DNA from: Macrostomum lignano
Taxonomy: Eukaryota
DNA length: 64,000 nucleotides
Direction of reading: 5' to 3'
Assembly: GCA_002269645.1 (NCBI GenBank)
Contig: NIVC01002541.1
Span: 62,001 to 126,000, forward strand
This document shows, piece by piece, positions 18,201 through 64,000 of this stretch (positions within the stretch are counted from its first letter, which is position 1; every line of letters starts with the position of its first letter). A program made the position numbers and the translations under genes. Below the pieces are notes generated by a model. It made no database searches. It was not told where the DNA came from and saw nothing but the letters and a program-made list of their open reading frames with translations.

Positions 18201-19929
18201 CGCACACTGCACATCCACCTCACTCCGCACAGCCACCTCACTCCGCACAGCCACCTCACTCCGCACAGCCACCTCACTCCGCACAGCCACCTCACTCCGC
18301 ACAGCCACCTCACTCCGCACAGCCACCTCACCCCGCACAGCCACCTCACCCCGCACACCCACCTTAAGCTGCACATCCACCTCACTCCGCACACCCAACT
18401 CACTCCGCACACCCACCGCACACTGCACATCCACCTCACTCCGCACGGCCACCTCACTCCGCACACCCACCTCACGCTGCTCATCTTGAAAATTCCTCAC
18501 CCAGTCTAAGCAGATTCTCGCCAGCCTTCAAACTGGTCACACTGTCAAACAGCTGCAAATCTTCCTCTTTCACTTCAGTCAGATTCCGCCCGCTGACGTC
18601 CACGTGGCAGACAAACGAAGGATCGTCAACGCGAACAACTCGAAGCTGCATAATTAATGAGATTTATCAGATCAGATGCGGGACACCATTTCTACATTGA
18701 ATAGCCTAAGGACTATCCCACTTGCTGCTTCTAAATCTAAGAAAGCCCCTAGCCGATCCTGAGTCTGTCACTCTGTCTGACCAGGTAGAATCCATCGAGA
18801 CAGGTCTGCTCTTCCCCGTCCGCCTGGGTACCAGCTCCGCCGCTGTTGCCGCGGCCAGAAGATCCGGCAGCTGCCGCCTGGCGCTTGCTGGCGCGATGCT
18901 GCTTTGACAGCAGTTCGTTGAATCGCCGCCGCTCCTCGGCCTTGTGAGCAACCAGCCAGGCGCCGTCTGATAATAATTGTAATAATAATTGTGAATTATT
19001 AGCACAATTGTCATTTAATTATGAAGAATATAGAAACAAATTTAAGTGCATACATATATAGAGAAGTGTCTCCAAATTGTACTTTTCAGACAAATTGAAA
19101 CTTTCTTACCATTAGATTCCCAAAAATACTTAAAATTCTACATGGATGTTTGATATTAAAGCAGTACAACTAATCAACGTCTGAAGTTAATTTTTAAGTT
19201 CTGGAGCTATTTTAACAAATTTGAACTTGGTTATATTCAATGCACAACAGCACAAGGCTTATTTGGCTTATTAAGATAAAAATATTAGCAGTAAGCTTAG
19301 TGTATGATAACTTCTTCAAAGAAATGTGAACAAAATATAAATGTATAATAGCTGATTATCGCAGTATAGAAATTATTGAAGTTAACTAAGATTTGATCAT
19401 ACAACATAATGTCCGAATTAAAAATAAACAATTTATTGAGGGGCCTAAACCAGTAAGCATAAAATAATAAAATAGTTTTTTGCTGCTTCTTATTGGTTTC
19501 ACAGAAAACAACTTTATTTAAAATACTTAGCTCTAAAAAGCTTAGCTTATCAAAAACTGTAATCATGCAATAAAATTTGGAAATTTTTGGCACTTTTTAA
19601 TTTAATTAGAAGCTGAATTTCTAATGCTTTTTCTTCGTTGGCTGTTCAATCCGAAATAGATACGAATACAAAAAAACAATTTCATATACGCTCGTAGTTC
19701 ACTGTATTAAAACCTTATTAAACAAATAAAGTGTACAAGTTCAATTATTTCGAAAAAGTCGCATACCTGATTCTCCGGCTCTGAGCAGTGGCCTAACAGG
19801 GAAATACTGAGCCGAGTAAGCACCGCGCTGGATTCCAGCTGCATCTTCGTACTGGCGTGGAACTTGACGTTCATAAACTGATAGTGTGCTGTTTTTGACG
19901 GAATGTGTGACACTAGGGGCCACAAACAT
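13038..19929 (-). CDS. XRRA1: XRRA1-like leucine-rich-repeat protein, 9 coding exons, about 1,040 aa
   Basis: Exons 19767-19929, 18782-18966, 18501-18645, 17723-17820, 17454-17599, 17006-17104, 15830-16301, 14728-15615 and 13038-13964 have GT-AG junctions and consistent phases. Peptides YFPVRPLLR, GAWLVAH, LDGFYL, LMLDDNRLS, PFPALRLLNL..DNPL and ALQYLLDHP match XRRA1 as I recall it. The start codon is less certain. Confidence 0.85.
14055..14400. repeat. 40-bp minisatellite, about 8.5 copies (XRRA1 intron)
   Basis: CTCCAACTGTTACTGGTGAACTTTTACCCTTCCTGATCCT in tandem. Confidence 0.92.
14728..15615 (-). CDS. XRRA1: XRRA1-like exon 8 (Q/E tract and last LRRs)
   Basis: TTCACAG acceptor, 888 nt in frame, CAG|GTGCG donor. 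Confidence 0.82.
15188..15513 (-). repeat. Coding CAG/GAG repeat (polyQ/E, about 108 codons)
   Basis: (CTG/CTC)n on the plus strand within exon 8. Confidence 0.9.
15830..16301 (-). CDS. XRRA1: XRRA1-like exon 7
   Basis: LKVLSLEKNEFSGIPYL; GAG|GTGAGT donor. Confidence 0.82.
16336..16980. repeat. 22-24-bp minisatellite (CTGTCAGTGTGTGGCTGCCCTT)
   Basis: Visible tandem array in an XRRA1 intron. Confidence 0.92.
17006..18966 (-). CDS. XRRA1: XRRA1-like exons 2-6 (LRR core)
   Basis: Five short exons encoding VDVSGRNLT, FPNLRELEIPFNGL, FLDVSYNEL and LECLMLDDNRL, with canonical splice sites. Confidence 0.85.
17905..18480. repeat. 18-bp minisatellite (CACATCCACCTCACTCCG)
   Basis: Visible tandem array in an XRRA1 intron. 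Confidence 0.92.
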
Positions 19930-21829
19930 TCTGATAGTTTTATTAATTTAACAGGATATAACAATGCACTTCTGCCTGTTGTGATCGTAAACGTTTAGAA
20001 GGCAAGCCTCAAGAATAAAATAAACTCGAAAATTTTCCATTAAATTTTGCTATCGTCTCAGCCTACTAGGAAACTGATAATACGTATAAGATTTAGAATT
20101 TTCGAAATATAATAAATACTTTATTATGACTTAATTTTAAAGACATTTTACAATCTAAGTCTCATGAATAGCAGACCTTGGTATATTTGTTTTACCTGTT
20201 AAGACCAAAGATTAATAAAACCGGAAATCAATTGCCTAATTAACAGTTCCATGGGGGATTCGAGGTTAAAATCAAAAAAAGATTATATTTTTTATGGAGC
20301 TGACGTAATTGGCTTAAACATAAATAAAATCTTTCGACACAAAAACAATGACTCGTCGATGCTTTCAAGAAAGTTCTAAAATTTGCCATTATGGTACCAT
20401 ACGAGTATACAACTGGAGTTATGAGACTTTACCATCGATCGTCTTAGAAATTAGCTGGGAGGCCTTTAAAGCGACGCATACGAAGTAATTGTCGTATTGA
20501 CAGTAAATTTAGCATGCTACTAAAAAATAGATTTTTGCCGACCAAATTTGTCAATGGCGGGCAACCCCATTCAGCACTGCGTTAATTCTGATAGTATTTA
20601 CACTAAACAACTAATTAAAAAACGCCGAAATTTTCTAACGCGCCCATGCACATCTAAATCGTCAGTTCTAAATGGTGCTATTCAGAGCTCGCCCTGTGTC
20701 TTTCCGGCATCACTAACATAGTTACTATGGAGCCACGTACACTACGCTAAATTAAAGTCCTGTTGGCACCCTCAACTTTTGGCACCCCTAGCCGATACAT
20801 GTACATGTAGGTTCTAAATTACAGCTAAATTCAAATAAAGGAAAATATGCACCATATCGCGCTGCATTGGAAAGTATCAGAAATGCATACTTTTTTGAAC
20901 TATACTAATTCATATCTTCGCGAATTACGCAGTTGATATATAGCGCTATATAAAATATGCGCAGTTCCAATTCATCCAGATGAATGCAGTGCATTTCCAG
21001 GAAAAACCCGATCCTCCACAATTGCTACATTCCTGTACATCACGTACATCATATACTTCTTGCATTCCGGCGTTTAATTTTGATTTGATATTTATTTAAT
21101 TCGTAGTCCGTTTAGCAGCATGCAGTTAATTTTTGGCTGGGTGGTTGTGAGCCAAATCAAGTGATAATTTATCTATAAATTTAGGCCGATTTCTTAAAAA
21201 CTAGGTCTATTTTCTACCCCATGAATAGGATTTATAAAGCCTGTACATGTACATCCTCTCATGTGTACTGGTTTCTTCCATTCCCAACCAAACTTTACCA
21301 ACTCTCCCCTCTCCCCTCTCCTCTCTCCCCTGCTCTCTCCTCTTTCTCATTTCTTCTTTCTATTCCCCTCTCCTCTTTTTTCTCTCCTCTCCTCTCTCAC
21401 AGCAACACCAAATACACAGAAGAAAAAGTATACATTTTAGCTAATCAAGCAAGTTAACTCGTTAAACAGGCAAGTTTGCCAGTTAGACAGCAAAACTCTT
21501 AATAAGGCGGCCTTTATTTATCTGCTGTTTGTAATTTCTATTTTTATCTACATGTAAGACAGCCAAGTCTAGAAATGCATTGCAGCAGTGTCGCAGTGAC
21601 ATGGACATGTGAAAGGTTTTAAAACCTTTGATGATCATGCAGTTCGTATTCACTGTTTTTTTTTCAAAGCAACGTTCTAAAATTAATCAGTGACTTAATT
21701 CTTTATTTATTTTGCAGTCAAAGTAAGAAAAAGAAATTTTACGGCAATGAGGCGTTCTCTTTATTAAAAATGTGACTGATTTTATTTACCTGACTGACCG
21801 AACTACTGAGTGGGGTGTTGTTGCTGAGC

Positions 21830-23150
21830 ATCTCTCTCTGAATCTCTCCTGAATCTCTCCTTCTGACTCTCTCCCCTCTGAATCTTCTTCCGCCTGAATC
21901 TCTCCCTCTGAATCTGATCATCTGACTCCCTCTGCCTCTTAATCTGATCATCTGACTCTCTCTGCCTCTGAATCTGATCATCTGACTCTCTCTGCCTCTG
22001 AATCTGATCATCTGACTCTCTCTGCCTCTGAATCTGATCATCTGACTCTCTCTGCCTCTTAATCTGATCATCTGACTCTCTCTGCCTCTTAATCTGATCA
22101 TCTGACTCTCTCTGCCTCTTAATCTGATCATCTGACTCTCTCTGCCTCTGAATCTGATCATCTGACTCTCTCTGCCTCTGAATCTGATCATCTGACTCTC
22201 TCTGCCTCTGAATCTGATCATCTGACTCTCTCTGCCTCTGAATCTGATCATCTGACTCTCTCTGTCTGAATCTGATCATCTGACTCTCTCTGTCTGAATC
22301 TGATCATCTGACTCTCTCTGTCTGAATCTGATCATCTGACTCTCTCTTTCTGAATCTGATCATCTGACTCTCTCTGCCTCTGAATCTGATCATCTGACTC
22401 TCTCTGCCTCTTAATCTGATCATCTGACTCTCTCTGCCTCTGAATCTGATCATCTGACTCTCTCTTTCTGAATCTGATCATCTGACTCTCTCTGCCTCTT
22501 AATCTGATCATCTGACTCTCTCTGCCTCTTAATCTGATCATCTGACTCTCTCTGCCTCTGAATCTGATCATCTGACTCTCTCTGCCTCTGAATCTGATCA
22601 TCTGACTCTCTCTGCCTCTTAATCTGATCATCTGACTCTCTCTGCCTCTGAATCTGATCATCTGACTCTCTCTGCCTCTTAATCTGATCATCTGACTCTC
22701 TCTGCCTCTGAATCTGATCATCTGACTCTCTCTGCCTCTTAATCTGATCATCTGACTCTCTCTGCCTCTGAATCTGATCATCTTACTCTCTCTTTCTGAA
22801 TCTGATCATCTGACTCTCTCTGCCTCTTAATCTGATCATCTGACTCTCTCTGCCTCTTAATCTGATCATCTGACTCTCTCTCTGTCTGAATCTGATCATC
22901 TCACTCTCTCTGTCTGAATCTGATCATCTGACTCTCTCTGTCTGAATCTGATCATCTGACTCTCTCTGTCTGAATCTGATCATCTGACTCTCTCTTTCTG
23001 AATCTGATCATCTGACTCTCTCTTTCTGAATCTGATCATCTGACTCTCTCCCTCTGAATCTGATCATCTGACTCTCTCCCTCTGAATCTTTCCCCCTGAA
23101 TCTCATCCGACTCTCCCTCTGAACAGCTGACTCTCCCTCTGAATCTCATC
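21830..23150. repeat. 30-bp minisatellite (TCTGCCTCTGAATCTGATCATCTGACTCTC) between the divergent genes
   Basis: About 40 visible copies. Confidence 0.93.
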
Positions 23151-24286
23151 AAAGTCTCACTCCTTAGTCTCTTTTTATGACAAGTCTTCACCTTTTTTTC
23201 AAAATTGTATTCTTCAATATTTTTAGTTAGAACTTATAATAAACAAAAGATTAACACAGACTAGTTCAAATGTAGAAACTCAGTGCATAGACCTTTGTAT
23301 TATATGCGTAGCTTCTGTTGAAAAGCCAATCAACTCACACCGCTTCACTTTAATTTCTCTGCATTATACTGACTCAATTGGCTTTGGATACATTTTAAAA
23401 GCAAAGCGGCGCTAAAATAAAATTTAGTCCAAGTGTGCTGGAATATTTTTGCCTAAAATGGCGGAACCAACTTTTTCATTACAGTTTAACTAACTGGATT
23501 ACTTGAGTTACCGTATTTTATTGCCCGTAAATAGCTTTATTCGGTGCCAGAATTTGCGACGATATAGGATCAAGATTAGTAACTAAGCTTATAAAAAGAA
23601 AGAAGCTTATAAAAGCAAACTGCTCGGCAGATATAATTAGTAAATGATTCAAATGCTAGGATGATAGCTTGGCTGGCTAGACATTTTTATGGAAAAATGG
23701 CTATTCTAACAACAATGTATATATCTAACTTTGGGTAGATTTCCGCTTTTTTTGTTTCACTCTCTAGTCTGGCCTCTGGTCTCTATCTATAGGCTGTAGC
23801 ATAGTACAGAAAATCAAAGAGCGAGTCAAGAGAGTTTAATTTCAAGAACTTGTTGTCCCCTTATTTGTCCACATTTCTATTGTGCGTACATTAGTCACTT
23901 TATTGGTCTCACACAAGGCTAGTCCCCTGCCCGAGCGATCTTTTGGCCCTAAATGGTCAGAGTGGGGGGTTGGGGCGCAAAATTGCCTCCGCGATCGTTG
24001 ATTGGCTGCAGCAGCTTTGGGGCCCCGTCCACTCCACCCCAATCTTCCTTTCCCCCAGCCCAAGAGCAGTATAATAAATAAGGCCTACAGGCCCATATTC
24101 TTCAACCCCAATGCCCTTGTCCCCGGCCCACAGTGCTACCAAAGGCAATAGGGACCTGCCGCTTGAGTACCCCGTTTGCCTTGTCTGCACTGTTTTCACA
24201 AGTGTCAGGATTTAACTACAACCGTCCGTATTTATCATCGAATTCAATCCGAAACTTAACAAGTAAATGAGAGAGATCGCATCGAC

Positions 24287-64000
<39,714 letters not shown>

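Overview
Eukaryotic, intron-containing genomic DNA with GC-rich exons and minisatellite-laden introns. The style suggests an invertebrate such as the flatworm Macrostomum, but that is inference. (1) Bases 1 to about 12,460 are the right part of an endogenous Polinton/Maverick (adintovirus-like) dsDNA virus. It carries a protein-primed PolB, adenain-like protease, A32-like packaging ATPase, double-jelly-roll major capsid, penton-like minor capsid and five accessory ORFs. The virion genes are open. PolB is broken by a 2-nt deletion and by a 1,550-bp hAT-like MITE that itself carries a nested 698-bp fold-back element. No integrase lies in the window. (2) A 9-exon XRRA1-like LRR gene lies on the minus strand (13,038-19,929). 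(3) Head-to-head with it is a discoidin domain receptor (DDR) gene on the plus strand, from 24,287 to beyond the window end, with 7 phase-consistent exons reconstructed. Its introns hold a second copy of the composite MITE, a 5'-truncated RT+RNase H LINE flanked by a roughly 1-kb direct duplication, a probable satellite-loaded Helitron, a tRNA-derived SINE, a small Merlin-like MITE and many mini- and microsatellites. These repeats explain most long ORFs in the supplied track.
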